A DNA stretch of 64,000 bases, taken from NCBI GenBank assembly GCA_036172245.1, contig JAYWIR010000022.1:620001-684000 (forward strand), given 5' to 3'. The notes beneath the pieces are model-generated. The model worked only from the letters and a program-made list of their open reading frames with translations, ran no database searches and was not told the origin of the DNA. Positions 24,900 through 37,699 of the stretch are shown here, piece after piece (position 1 is the stretch's first letter; each line of letters begins with the position of its first letter). Source of the stretch: Raillietiella orientalis. Its lineage: Eukaryota. The position numbers and the translations under genes were made by a program.

Positions 24900-26520
24900 A
24901 GGGTACCTCAGCCCAACGGGAGGTGTGGGAACGATTCCATCGCCAAGCGCCTTAAACGGTTTGGGAAGGTAGCTCCCCCGGAAACCAGGTCTCTTGAACC
25001 GGAATCCCAGTGCAGAAACAACAGAACGTCCCGTTTCCAGCGGAGCAGGAACACGGAGGAGTCCGCATATAAGGATGAGACGGCGGGTTCTTCGGGAGGC
25101 ACACCAAGCAGGTCACTTGTGCGCTCTGCGTCGCGACGGAGGACTCGGCCTCCTGACTCTTGAGCACCTGGAGCGGCAGCTTCGAGTGCAGGGCGCTTGC
25201 CCTCATGGCGAAGATATGCAGCACCAGCTGGTGCGAGCCCGCACGATACCTAGTCAAGTGAGCCACCGGCTACGCGGGACTGTCTTTGTTCCTGGCGCGG
25301 CGGCGCAGACGCAACGTGTCCAGCTGCGTACTGGAGCTCCGGCGGATGGTCAAGCTGACTAGGACCAACACCTGGATCTTCTGCCGACCCGCAAACGGTA
25401 GTGCCTGGACGAAGGAAACCATTCACACGTGGACCAAGATGGTTGAAGAGAGTCTGGAAATGTGGCAGCAACTGCTGCACTGCTTCTACAACGACCGCTC
25501 GCTGTAGGACGTCATAGTGCAGCCCACCACGTGTGCGTGCGAGCAAAGAACCTCTCTAGCTGCGGCACTGCCCTCCTTCAGGGAGCACCTGGTCAGTAAC
25601 CAGCTGGCCAAATGGGAGTTCAGTTGCGAGATCAGTCAGAAGACGAGGGAACTAGGTGGTTGGACCACGGGCCAGCTCACGCACGCTGCGACTCCGAGTG
25701 TCCCACCGAAAGGACTATTGCGCTGGGGTGAGCTGCTAGGAATCCCACAGGAAGATCTCGAATGGTCCAGATCTGGAAAACAGCCGGGTCCTCACCCTGA
25801 ATAGTTGCAGGAGTCGGCACTTCTGCTGTTGCACTGCGGTATCCCATGCAACCCCCGCCGGCCATACTCGACTCAGAGGGCCATTGACCACAACTGTTGC
25901 AGGTGCAGGGACAGGAATCCTAGTTCCCGCACCCGTTCGAAGACTGCGTTACCCTCCGACCCCTGCGGTTGCGTTACGCAACGGCCCTTGGTGCTCCGAC
26001 GAACAATCTCAGGGACATGATGAAGCGCCTATTTGTGCTCCAGGCCCATTCTCCTGCCGCAGCATTCGCAGCTCTTTGCTTCTAAGGATGGGGCAGTATA
26101 TGTACCTGCTTCGACGGTACATATACTGAAATTGCTGCCTACGTGGGGTTGTGGCTGCCTGGAGCTACGGAACAAGAGAACGGCACGATAAGTACGTCAT
26201 CTGCTTCGCCCTGCGCTTCCTGAGGACTGCAGCAAGATGGTCCCACCTGGGGCACCCTCGGATGGAACTTGTCGGCATCCTGGAAGGATGCAGAGGATGC
26301 CCTCCAGTAAACAGTGATCCCTTCCTGCTCCTGCCAGAGTTTTTTTTTATTTATTTTTATTTTTGTTTGTCCCTCCTCCTCTGCTGCCGAAGCGAACCTC
26401 GCCTGCCTGCGTGCCGATTACTCGGCAAGTTCTGAGCATTTTCGGACAATGTAGGGGCGATGCCCCTACACATGTCTGCTTAATTTTATAATAAACGCAC
26501 CGGAGTGACTGGGTGATAAA
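24900..26520 (+). mobile_element. L1/Tx1-like LINE ORF2 3' third plus 3' UTR (copy B)
   Basis: ALRRDGGLGLLTL; WTTGQLTHAA...KGLLRWGELLGIPQEDLEW; ESALLLLHCGIPCNPRR...HNCCRC; FLRTAARWSHLG...ELVGILEG; ends AATAAACGCACCGGAGTGACTGGGTGATAAA. Confidence 0.85.
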
Positions 26521-26539
26521 CCGAGCAGGTCACTCCACC

Positions 26540-26960
26540 GAAGGAGTCCCTTCGCCCGGAAACGACGAGTGGAGCCGTCCACCAACGCGATCGTCTTTCA
26601 GCCGTCAAGGATTTGCTCAACTCCCATCATTTTGCAGGACAACTCACTCTGCTGTCATCACCGGCTGCTGTCATCGCTTGCCCCGAGGGCAGACAATGCT
26701 GCAGCAAGGGGTGTGACTCTGTCCGGGACCACTGTGTCCAGTTCTGCAGGAGATTTCTCGGAGGCTTGCATCGGAGTTTCGGCTGTGGATTAGGTTTCTC
26801 TGGGAGCACTTCAAGATTGGCAACCCAGGACCACAGTGCCTCCTGCCGCCAGGTGCTCCAGCCTTTTGGCCTGCAGGCGGTCCACGGATGGGCCACCAGT
26901 AGTGAGGACAGGAATCGCCTGCGATGCTATCCCACCGGCGGCACCGCTGCTCTTCCCGAA
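26540..26960 (-). mobile_element. Internally deleted L1/Tx1-like C-terminal fragment
   Basis: RPKGWSTWRQEALWSWVANLEVLPEK...TESHPLLQHC parallels the B/F C-terminal region. Confidence 0.4.
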
Positions 26961-27899
26961 ACGCAGATGACGGTCAGGCGTGGAGAGGAGCGACCCCCTG
27001 GGGGATACCACACCTAGGAAGACTATCCCTGCTCCGGAAAGGGCCAGCCGGGACGCTGCTACCGGCTCGAAAACTTTGGCGGGCTGCTGCGTTTTCGGAA
27101 CGCTGTCTGCGACGACGGGTTCCCTGGAGAGACGGCGTTCACCCCGGTCCGGCAGCCGAGAGCACTGGACACGCCCCCTTCCGGCGACTTCTCCGGCGAA
27201 TCCTCGGAAGGGATTCTCCCCCGGCGCGTTCAGGAGTCGTCATCCCGCATCGTCGCAGGGTCCCAGGTGGGACTGGTGGGGGCAGAGCAGTCAGTGGCTC
27301 TGAGCGGCGCGACGCTGCCGCCGCCTCGCGTGGAATCGGGCGGCACCCCGCGCGCGAGCACGCGCGAGGCGAGGCCTGTAATCATCGTTTTCTCGGGTTC
27401 TGCCGACCGCCGCGCCGGCGGTCCAGGGGATCCGCGCGATCCGCCCTGCTCCGCATCGGCAGGCGTTCCCTCCCCCGAGCGCTTCCCCGCTCCACGTTGC
27501 GCCCACTTCAGGAGGGTCCTCCGTTCCCTCCTCCCCACGATCGAAGCGCGCGCGGGGTTGAGCGAGGTTTTTTTTGCTCGGGGACAGTGTCGGCGTCGCA
27601 AGTAAACCTCGTGAGACTCGGGAGTCTTTTCCCATCCCCCTCCTCCCCATTTTCCTACTCCAGAGGAAGGTTGACTCTTCTTTCGCCTCTAGAACAGCGC
27701 ACGGGGGTCTCTGTTCTGGCGCTCCCCCCTTCCGAACGCTGCGTCGGATGGCCACTGATGCCGGCGCGGTCACGGAAGCGCAATGCAGGAAGGCACATCG
27801 TCCGGGGCGTCCTCCTCCGGCCAGCGGGAGATACGTTCGTCCTTTGAGGGGCGGTCTCCGGTCCTTCGGGTTTCACCCGGCCGCCTCCTGACGGGCGCC

Positions 27900-28250
27900 T
27901 TTCCCGAGGGTGTGCCTTCTCACTGTTTCGCGGAAATGGAGAGTCTCGGGGTCGCGCGCGCGCGGGGGAGCGGCGAGGGAAAGATGGCGGACACGCGTCT
28001 ATTTTTAGCCACGAGCACCGTGCAGTCCGTGATTTACGGGATGGATCCGCAGCAAGTGGATATGCCATTTCAGCTTGGCCATCCGGGAGAGGTGGGAGGT
28101 CGGAGGGCGGGTCCGGAGGTGAAAGATGGACTGCAGCAGGGAGGCTGGAAGGTCTCTCCCGGTGATGAATTGCCCCCGAGCCCAGCCCGGAGGAGGGAGG
28201 GGAAGCGGTGGGCCACCGCCTCCCAAGCGCAGGAGCGAGGTGGGAATTAT
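27900..28250 (-). mobile_element. Possible APE-endonuclease remnant
   Basis: HLLRIHPVNHGLHG...KID resembles DxWRxxHP...T...SRID. Confidence 0.28.
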
Positions 28251-29379
28251 CAATGGGAAGAGTAGACCGAGGGCCGTCGGCGGAGTTAGCTCAGAGGTGG
28301 CGAGTGCCTGGGAGGAGTCTGGCCCTTCGTGCTTCCCCTTCCGATCTTCCAATGAAGGGGGGGAGGGGGGGGAGCGGAGCCCTCCTTCAGATGGCTCGTC
28401 CACTCGGAATCCGGAAACTGTCGGACTTCGCGCAGGAAGCGCCGTTCCCACGTGCCTCTCATCCAGAGGCTCTTCGTCCTCCCGTCCAGCGTCCTTCCAT
28501 TCTCCGGGGTTTGCCTTCCCCCCCTCGGTCCTTTGGATCTCTTCTCGCTGCTGACGAGATGAACGATCGATTCACGAAGAGGAAAGACGGGAGAGAGAGA
28601 GAGAGAGGGTGGGGGGAGGAGTGACGAAAAAAAAAAAAAAAAAAAAATGGGAAGATTTTTCAGAATTGCGAAGGAGAAAGGGGGGAGGGTGGGAAGGAGG
28701 CGCGCGAGCCCAGGGGAGAAGCAGAACGACACGCGCAAATCCCGCCGTCGCCTCGCTAGGGACTTCGGCGCCTGCCTGTGCGTCACTGCCGAGGGCGCGC
28801 GGCCTGCTCCGGGGCAGCGCCATCCCCCTGGTCCGATTTGTTCCCCGTGGAACGCGGGCGTGCAGGCGGGGGACTACCCTACCCATCCCCCTTTTTCCCC
28901 GACGTGAGGATGCCGGTCGCGCGTGACCGGAGGCGTAGGGAGTAGCCGGGGACGGAGGAAAGGAGAAGGCGGTTCTTGAGGCTGCTCTAGAATTGGGAGC
29001 GGAGGCCCCTTGCGTTGTCGCGGGCCAGGCACCGCCGCATTTCCAGGGACGGGAGCTCAGTACAGGTGGACTCCCGGAGCGAGGGAGCGACGCTCGCTTC
29101 CGGGGGAAGAAGGGGGGATCGCGGGCTTTCGAGAGTGCCCAATCGCTTGCGTCGGGCAGCGGCGCGTCTTGGAACCCCTCACTTCAGACCGAGGACCTCA
29201 TCCGGGGATCTATCGGGTCTCTCGCTTCCCCAAAGGGTCTCGAGGAACATCTCACTTTCCTCAAGCAAAGAAGCCAAGGCAGCTAGGGCGTCTCGGATGC
29301 TGCAGACACGGGGGCAGCACGAAGAAGATTGAACTTTTTTTTCCTTGGGTGCCGGCTAGTGCCGGAAGCTCCGGTCGAC

Positions 29380-29720
29380 CTCGGGGATTCCCGAAACCTC
29401 TGCTCCTTGCCTCAGGGATTCCGCTCTGTCCCGAGAGCGGTTTTGTCTATCCCCACGCGCCACCTAAACCCAGCCTGTCCCGATCTGGCGCTCTCTGCCA
29501 GGGTTTCTCTTCCCCGCAGCGACAAGCGGTTGGGGATTTTCGGGGTGAGTTGGAGTGCCCGCCGCCCTCCCGTGGTTGCGCAAGCGCTCCCAGGGACGAC
29601 GAGCCGTCTCGAAAGGAGCCACGGAGGCTCGCTTTTCCTTTCAGGACACGAACCTCTGCGTCCCACGGGGTCGCTCCCGGTCAGGAGATGCCCTTCAGTC
29701 CATCTCTTCCTCATCCCAAG
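29380..29720 (-). mobile_element. LINE ORF1 remnant (RRM-like to zinc-knuckle junction)
   Basis: TTGGRRALQLTPKIPNRLSLRGRETLAESARSGQAGFRW matches the TGxRxxxxxLxxxIPxxxxxxG...GQxxCFxC pattern of Tx1/L2-type ORF1. Confidence 0.5.
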
Positions 29721-29899
29721 CGTGTCGGGGAATTTATTTAAACCGAATCAATGAAACGATTAAAAAAAAAAAAAAAAAAAAGGGCAATCGGAAGGAATCT
29801 GACATCTGCGGGCCAGAATGGAAAGGGTTAAACCCCACTGGAGATAAAACGAGAAAGGGAATGGAGGAGGGAACCCGTGGATGCACGGAGAAAGGAGAT

Positions 29900-30560
29900 G
29901 GACCGGCGCCACGGCGATGATGAACCTGCAGTTGCCGCCCGATCATCAACGGGGCCCTCGACGGCGGGTCCGGTTTCCCATAATTCCCCCAGGAGCCTCT
30001 GATCTCCTTCTGCGCTGCGAGCACGCCTTCGTTTCGCCATTGCTCGGCACCGCGACCTTCCCCAGGAACGAGGAATGCCGCTGCCGCCGTGGCCGATCCC
30101 CGAAGGATGCATGTGCGCGCTGCGGGATCGCCCGAGTTCCTCTTCACCATCGCCGCAGATGCATGCACCAAACCGCACCCTGGGGGTGCACCGATGGCAG
30201 CAGCAGCTTTCCCCAGCAGGGACAAGCCAAGAAGAGTACTTGACTTGGACGAACCTTTTCCCGAGCGTCCACGGTCTGCGTCCCCCAAGGTCGACTCCTC
30301 GAGGTCTTTCCGCTTTCCATCCCCTCATTCATGCCTTCTTGGTGATCCAGCCAGCAGGAGAGCTCTCCTCCACCAGGATGGGGCGGGAACTCTTTCGGAG
30401 ACCGGAAAGCGCGGAGTGCTGCTGCTTCCTCTGGACAACCTTCCCACTCCTCCGAGGCATCCTCCGGCGGAGGGCGGCGCCTCCTCATCTTCAGTTTTCT
30501 GGACCTCGCTTGAGGGGAGGGGTCCAAGAGCGCCGCCACGGATCCTGTAAACATCCTCTC
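29900..30560 (+). mobile_element. L1/Tx1-like ORF2 C-terminal fragment (copy J)
   Basis: ADACTKP.../LGVHRWQQQL...EEYLTWTNLFPSVHGL parallels TDAA...GLLxWxxLL...EDLxWxSV in B and F. Confidence 0.45.
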
Positions 30561-30899
30561 CGGTGGGATCTCCCCGGTCAGTCGTGGAGCGTCCCCACTG
30601 CGACTTTTCGTGGACCGGAGGCGTCACGTGATTGTCTCTGAGGGGTGGGAGAGGCGGCCGTGAAGATCCTCCCCGTCCTTGGGGTTTGGGTGTAGCTTCT
30701 GGTTCCTTGATGGATCTCTCGTGGGAGTCGACACTTCGAGCTCGAGAGAGGAGGAGGAGCAGAAGGAATCTTCCCGTTCAGTGCGAAAGCCGTCCAGAAG
30801 GCGGGTTCATCCCTGGGAGAATCGTGGACCCAAGAAGACGGCGGCGGTGCAAGAAACACATGGGAGGAGGAGGGGGGGAAGGGTCTCCAAAGCATTCGG

Positions 30900-31600
30900 C
30901 CGCAGGCGAAATCCCGCACTCTCGAGAAGGAGAGAACCGGAACCATCGGGGAGGTTTGGAGTGAGGGGGAAGGAAATTTGTTTGAGGCTCGCTCGAGGTC
31001 CATCTCTGGAGGAGCGTGGAGGTGTCTTGCAGCCTTGTTCGCCTTGCGACCAGCTCCAGCTCACCCGAGGAAAACTTCGGAGGGAACTAGCCTCTTTAGA
31101 TGCTCCGATTTGTCTTCGATTGTGCTTTGATCCACAGAGTCGAGAGGGGCAGCACCCCTGCATCACCGGTCCCAGGCTTCCAGTGGTCCAACCGGTCTAT
31201 CGAGGCTGGGTTCCCATGCTTCCAGCATCCCAGGATCTCTCGGTCACTCCTCTGTCCGAGGGTTAGGAAGGTCCAAGGATTAGGAAGCCACGAACGACGG
31301 TAAACCTACGGAAACATCCGCAGCTCCCGCTGCTCTTCTGATGCGCCTCTATCGGCTTCTTTGCTTCCGGCATTTTTTTCGACCGTAGCTACTATAATGG
31401 GGAGCTCCTTGTAACGGCCCCCGGAGGGGCTGTGCATGCCGTAAGCTCCGGATTTGCGGCCGTGGACCTTCGCGTGGGAGGATCCAAGTCTCCATTCAAA
31501 TCTGAACGCCAACTTTCCAACGTGAGGAAGCTGGAAAGGGATGGGTGGAAACACACGCATCTTCCTCTCTCATATCCTCCCTTCCTTTGATTCGAAGGGT
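30900..31600 (-). mobile_element. Reverse transcriptase remnant, RTE-like
   Basis: SGGRYKELPIIVATVEK (~GRxxxDxIF...EK) followed by VMQGCCPSRL (~RQGCxLSP). Confidence 0.33.
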
Positions 31601-31839
31601 GGATCCACTCAATGTTCCCATGGCACATTCCGGGGACAAGGGATGCTCCTTCCTTCCCGATGTGCTCCTGCTGCTACTTTGAAACTTTCCAGCCCCCCCG
31701 AGACTCCACGACTCGAACCTTCCTCAAGAGCTCGGGACTTCGCCGTTTCTTGCATTCTATGATCTTGGAGATCCTCCTGGAATCATTCTTAAGACCGCGG
31801 GCGCTTCTTCAGAGGAGAAGGAGAAGCGGACTGGACAGT

Positions 31840-32280
31840 CCTTTCCTCTCCTTCTTCGCCGTCTCTTCCTTCTTTGTCTCTAAATATCTCTTCTGTCTCT
31901 GCAAGGGCAGGCAACGTCCAAGACGACCATATTCCTTCTCTCTGGAGCACCACATCTGCCTTCAATCTGTTCCCTGAGCATTCCTGGTTGTCGGCGGCTA
32001 CCGAGTGCCGCTGCCCTGGTGTGCCGGGTTCGCCATCCGGGTCACCAGCTGGCTGTGCTGCTCACTGATCCACGGCCTCGTTGATAGCTCACTTGCTGAG
32101 GACGCTCTTCCCAGCCGCTGCGCCTTCCGCACAGGCGAGCAGCGCCACCCCCGATTCGGGGAGCCCGAGCATGCGGAAGGTCGGATCGCACCGCACAGGA
32201 AGATATGTGACCTACAAGCCTGAGGTGCTTTGCCTCCGCTTTGCCTCAAGGCGTATCGATGCCGACCCCCTCAAGACCAG
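31840..32280 (-). mobile_element. RLE (NeSL/R2-type) endonuclease remnant
   Basis: CDPTFRMLGLPES (CCHC start), PWISEQHSQLVTRMA (RHxxxV), DNQECSGNRLKADVVLQ (PD motif), MVVLDVACP (DVxCP). Confidence 0.62.
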
Positions 32281-32329
32281 TTCCCTCGTTGGTCTAGGCG
32301 GTTTGCGGTTCCCTTAGAGATTCCCCTCC

Positions 32330-32800
32330 ATGCGTGCAAAGGATCCCCCCACTAGGGGAGGCCCTTGTGGGGGGATCCTCCGTCTCGTACCATGGAGCTG
32401 GCGCGATACCTCTCCAGAGTGTCAAGAAGCGCGCTGCTCCCTTAGGGGAGAAACCCTTCAGGGAAACCTGGAATCGTCCCTCCGGGGTTCTCTTCAGAGG
32501 AAGAAACAAGAAGCGGTTCCTTTCTGGGGGGTCCCTCTGAAGAATAAATGAGGAGTGGATCCCCTCCAGGACACCTCTCCAGAGAGAATGTGGACGAGGT
32601 GGTTCCTTTCGGAGTTCCCTCTCAAGCGTAAGAGGAACGGACTCCTTCCTCCGGAGCCTTCCCAGATTCATAGGGTACTCCCCCCCGGGGTTATCCCTTA
32701 CAATCTGAAGAGTTCCACGCAACCTCGGGTCGCGTGGACAGTATTCGGACAGTGGACATGAGAGCGTTGGATCGTAGATCTCTGCGGTCCAGCGCCTTCC
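32330..32800 (+). mobile_element. 'Head'/ORF1-like repeat, copy 3
   Basis: Near-continuous similarity to 23020-23400 (CCTCTCCAGAGTGTCAAGAAGCGCGCTGCTCCCTTAGGGGAG...PYNLKS). Confidence 0.7.
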
Positions 32801-33379
32801 TTTTCCCGGAAGCGATCCATCTGTGCCCACTCTCAGACCAATAGAGCACAAAGGTTCTCTTCTTGAAGCATTCCCCGTTCTTCGGAGGAACGGGGACTAT
32901 TGACCTCGCGATCGCACGCGGTTGCATCCTCTCATCCCCCTCATCCTCGCAGCCGCTCTGCATCTGCGAGTCTGCGGGTAGGAGCTGCAGGCTCGCTGTT
33001 CGTCTCTGAGGAAATGGGAGCACGCGAAACCCTCCCCAAGTAACCAGGTCACGAAACCCATGCAGACATCTCTGCCTGCAGTTCCTACCACTGCTGCGAG
33101 CCACTGGACTCCAGCTGACCACTCTGAATAGTCTCCCGGTGGGGAGGAAAGAGGAGGCGAAAGGGGAGTTGCCTCGGAGAAGCCGAAGACCGCGTTTCCT
33201 CATCCCCAGCTCGTTGAGCCGCAGGAGCCTCGAACCGAGTGCAAGGAGATCCCTGGATCCTGGGATTTCGGAGGATCACCTTTTCCGAGAAGAACGGTCC
33301 TCTTCAAGAAGGTACAAATATGAGTCCAGCCTAGTACTAGGAAAGCCAGCTCCCTGTGCCTAGGTGCGCATCACCAGCT

Positions 33380-34150
33380 ATAAGAGAGAAGATGGGCGCT
33401 GCATCGGGGTAGCTCACCGGAAGTCGTGAGAACTCTCAGTTGGATCGTCTCCAATTCGCATTGCGATCTGAATGAGGCTGACACAATAACAACTGCTGAA
33501 GCCCACTGTGTGCTTCCTGCATTTCTGTTGGTTCCGACTTTTGGTTCCGCCGATACAAACGACTCGATCTTCCGGCTCCACCAGCAGCTCCCACTGTTCC
33601 TCCGCAACCTTGCTCGTTCGATCTGCGAGGAGCGACAGGAAGATTAAAATGGTACCGAGATGACGACGCATCGTTTGAACCAGACAGTGTCTCCCTTCGG
33701 TTCGTATTCCGTTGATGGAAACTCGTTCGTCAATGGATCCTTCCAACGAGCAAAAGGTGCGCGTAGGCACCGTCCATCCATAGTCGCTCTGCTTGATAAC
33801 AGCATGGTTGCATTCTGGCTTCTTGAGCGTCAGATCGGAGAGCGGACCGTGGAATCTGCGAGACGTCAATCCGAGCCCAAGACTGCATTCCGGTCGTAGT
33901 TTTATTGCCTTACAGCTTCCGTTCCCCTGACAGTTTACCATGTGCCCGCTACCGCCTTGTCTACTCCTGGTACGTTGGCCGGGTGGGTCGTGACGTTCAA
34001 GCCGCAATCACTGCACCCTTCGAAAGGAGCAGCTTAAATTCTGTCAGCTGCCTCAAAGTTCCCACACAATTCCTGCAACTGATGGATCGATCCTCGGCTT
34101 TTCGAAGTCTTTCTCGATGTTCACTGCTCCGACTGCCTCGCAGAGGTTCG
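33380..34150 (-). mobile_element. Reverse transcriptase remnant, CR1-like LINE
   Basis: DRSISC (~YRPISL), NHAVIKQSDYGW, ERVSINGIRTE, HLGTILIFLSLLAD (~LGPxLFLxxIND). Confidence 0.6.
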
Positions 34151-34329
34151 CTCCTGTGTACGAAAGAGGTACCTGCAACTCAGTAGCATAGGGACTGCAA
34201 GAGCGATCACCAAGAGGCGAAATTAAGATACGCATCTGAAGGAAGAGCAGATTCAGTAAAATGCAAAGGTAGTAGCCGTGACAGAACAGAAGAATAAACT
34301 CGATTAGAGGATATTTGGTTGTGCTCAAA

Positions 34330-35175
34330 GGGTCCATTGAGACATTCGGTCCTCGGCAAAAGGTCCTTGAAGTTTATGTCTGAAACGTCTATGCTTAGAA
34401 AGCGTTTTTGGATTATAATAGTCCATAGAGTTTCTTTATGCTTTTATACACGAATGCCACCATCAGCCCTTCATTATGCCTGATGGATTCCGAGACTGCA
34501 GATATGAATGGAACTCGATTATTCTTACCAACCACTGTGGCGGAGAAATATCTTTTGGGGGTCCATAACGCCTGCATATGACAACGGAAAGTAACTTTGG
34601 ATGTAAAGAATTATGGAGAATACAGAACAAAATTTGGATGAACTAATGGACTATGCTAGAAGGGTACAAGTCCACGGAAGGCGTGGAAGAGGTAAGAGAA
34701 GACCGGGAGTTTCCAGGTTTTCACTGGAAACTTGGAACGTCTATGCGTCAGTTCGGAACGGCAATCGCAGGGCAGACAACGCAGCGGAAGGATGCAAATT
34801 CCAAAGGCTGGTGGTCGTTCGTTATCTTTCCATTCAGAGATTTCTGGAAGTGCTGTACGACGAAGAGCGAGGCAACGAACAAGTCGTCACCCAGATTCGT
34901 GGTGGTCACCTTCGAATACGGTCACCAGCATCACGACGACATCGAAAAAAGCCAACACACAATGTAAAGCTAATGATGAGATCGATGTGTACTCGGGGGC
35001 AGTCGCTCATCTGCGTAGAAGCCACCGTGCTCAGCTTGATGACGAGGAAGAGCAAGAATGAAGTGAAATCCAGAATTCGGCATGCATCACAACAAGAATG
35101 GAACGTGAACGAAATTCCACGAAATAAAATGTTTGCATCCTTTGGAAACCACGGACGACGAAATGTCCTCACGAA
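34330..35175 (+). mobile_element. Mutator-like (MULE) transposase remnant
   Basis: MDSETADMNG (~DFExAxxNA); ORF 34613 has RFSLETWNVYASVRNGNRRADNAAEG...FQRLV...SIQRFLEVLYDEERGNEQ (~FPxxxWN...RTNNxxEG...IWKF). Flanks carry GACATTCGGTCC/CAAAAGGTCC and GACGAAATGTCC, motifs resembling subterminal repeats. Confidence 0.85.
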
Positions 35176-36049
35176 CCTCTCGAAGAGCACCGAACCTTTC
35201 CGCGGACCAGATGCCTCAGCGGACCCTTTGGACGGGACGCCGCTTCCTGCGAGGAGGGAACCTTGGTTTTGATCGGACTCCTCCTTCCCGAATATGTGGC
35301 CCGGGAATTTCGCGTGCGGAAGATCTCTCCGCTGCAGGGTACCGGGGGGCGTCGTATCCTCCCGGCTGTCGGAGGGCGGCGCCGCGCCGGAGCCGACAGG
35401 ACCAGGCGCTTTTCCGCCCTCCCGCGCTGAGCTCGCCCGTTCGATCTCGCGTTCCCTTAATGGCGACATGGCTAATTAGCGCTTCCCGACGGCAGCTGCC
35501 TTCCCTTCCTGCCGGACAGCTCGGGAAATTCCTCGCTCTGCAGAAGGCGAGCTTCGGAAGGAAGAAGGAGGAAAGAGCGGAGCGCTCCCCCTTCCCAAGC
35601 TAGTTCAGAAGTGACAAAAAGAAAAACCCTTCGCGCGTTCGAGAGAGTCGATGGCGACCGTATGAACCGGTGGAGCTTCCACTAATAAATGACCTTCGCG
35701 CGGAAATGCCCAAGAAAGCTCCTAGCGCCGATAACGAAACGCTTGCCCGAGACAAAGTGCCGTTCGGTTTTTATAACCAACGAGTTTATCTCTCAGGAGC
35801 CTCGCCGACCCGGCACGTAATGAGAGCAATGCATCTCGCGGAGAGCAGCGCGTGGATAGAGAAGACGGTCGGGATGATCGGCTGCGTCGAATTGGATTCA
35901 GAGATCGCCAGGCTGGCCTCTCTCCCTCGGAACAGCTTCGAGAAGCTGATGGAAGAGGGGAGGGGGAGGGGGGGAAGAGTCGGTGCGGTCTCAGACCGAA
36001 GGAATATCGGTTAATCTCACTTAGCACATTCCGCCATCTCTGATGATGC

Positions 36050-37080
36050 GTATCTCGTGTGAACTCCTCGCCGCGGGCCTCGCCGCTTTCGAGGATTCGT
36101 GCTCCGGCAGACCTGAAGATGTTGCTCCACCGAGCGGCACAAATGGCACCGAAGACGAAATCGTCTGCAGAGTAGCAATTCTTTGAGAAGGCGGACCCCG
36201 GTGGTCCAGTAGGCGGAGTGGAGCTCGCAGCACTCCGGCGAGCCTGTGGAAGCCAGCACCTGCGGCCATGTTGGATGCCAGCACGCCAGCATAGGAGGCC
36301 TCCTCCTGCCGCTGGACCACCTTGGAATCACTTCTTTATTTCGTGGGGATCCTGGAACCTGACAGATCTGGGACTAGGACCGCCGCCCGAACAGCCATCG
36401 TCGGCAGGGACCCGGCGAGGCTGCTTATATTGGGTCTCCTTTCTTCTCTGGAGCCCTTATGGGCGCGTTCTCTCGAAGACGAGGGCGACGCCCAGGGCGA
36501 AACATTCTTCTCCCCTTCCTCAGCACCAGATCCAGAAGAAGAAGATCCTTTCCTGGCTTCCTCCCGCTGTCCCTCTCTCCGTTTTTTTTCCGGACTTTGT
36601 TTTTTTGGATCCGCTCCTGGAATTTCTTTTCTGAAAGGAAACCCGCAAATAAAGCGTTCCTTGTTTCTTCCTCTCAAGAGAATCCCGGAGGAACGATTCC
36701 AGGTTTACCTGAAGGGTTTCTCCCCTAAGGGAGCAGCGCGCATCTTGACTCTCTGGAGAGGCATCAACCAGGTCCATGGTACGCGATGGAGAGCTCCATT
36801 TTCACAACCGGAGGAAACCCCCGAAGGGCTCCTTGATTCCTGTAAGGATCCTGGAAGATCAACTTCCAATCCTGTCCAGTCGACGGGGTCATCCGGCCTC
36901 CACTGGTGCCACGCCCGAAGCCTAGAATCCAGCCAGCGTCATCCTGCCGGGAGATTGAGGGGGAAGGGGGAATCGAAACCCTCTCGCCATTTCTCGGCGT
37001 CGACCCCTCCTTCACCGGGAGGGATTCGAACCCGCAATACTCAGTGCCATGCTCGGAGACAGAGACAGCCAGCTCAGGCT
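36050..37080 (-). mobile_element. 'Head'/ORF1-like repeat, copy 4 (longest)
   Basis: Aligns to copy 1 over several hundred bases; translates to NQGALRGFPPVVKMELSIAYHG/LVDASPE (RRM-like) and downstream RLRCHLCRSVEQHLQVC (CCHC knuckle). Confidence 0.72.
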
Positions 37081-37699
37081 GCCCTTCTCGGGAGGCGAGG
37101 CCATGCGCCGCCGCGTCGCCGGAGGAAGTGCTACAAACGGCGATTTGGCGCACGGGGAAGACACGCTCCGCATCCCCTGCAGCTAAAACACTGCTTGCGA
37201 CAAGGAACCGCTCCTCCCCTCCCCGCCTTCCCGATAGGGCTATGTAGCACGGATGGATCTGAAAGTCGGACGTCTTCGAGGCCGTGGTTCAGGTGGCTGC
37301 TGCCGCGCGGGGCGAGCGGAAGGGCGGCGTGCTGCAGCGTTGAGAGACGCTGAAAACGGGAGCGACCGTCGGCTTCAGCCGGTACTTCAGCCGCCTCGGG
37401 GAAGGGCGGGATCGTGGGATTTCGCGCTTCGCGGCGGAACGCTCCCACCCCTGCTGAGGGTCGCCTTGCAGCGGCCCCGCTAGGGAAGGGCATGTGGCTT
37501 TCCGAGTGCGCGCATGCCCTTCCGAACGACTCCATCGGAGCATCGAACCTCCCGTGTCGGAACGGTCGACGCTCCAGGGCTTGACCGCCCACGCGCGCCC
37601 TCGGTGGCGCTTGACCTGTCGATCTGCGGCTCTGCAGCGTCCCCTCACGGCCCGCGAGCGCAGAGACCAAAAGGCGAAGGACAACCGGAAGAACGGGGC

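Noticed and set aside
28540..28585. Hammerhead ribozyme (CTGACGA-stem-GAA)
   Set aside because: Reads GAAG rather than GAAA, and there is no plausible stem I or NUH site. Other CTGAnGA hits that I checked (e.g. ~46162, ~42535 minus) lack the GAAA strand.
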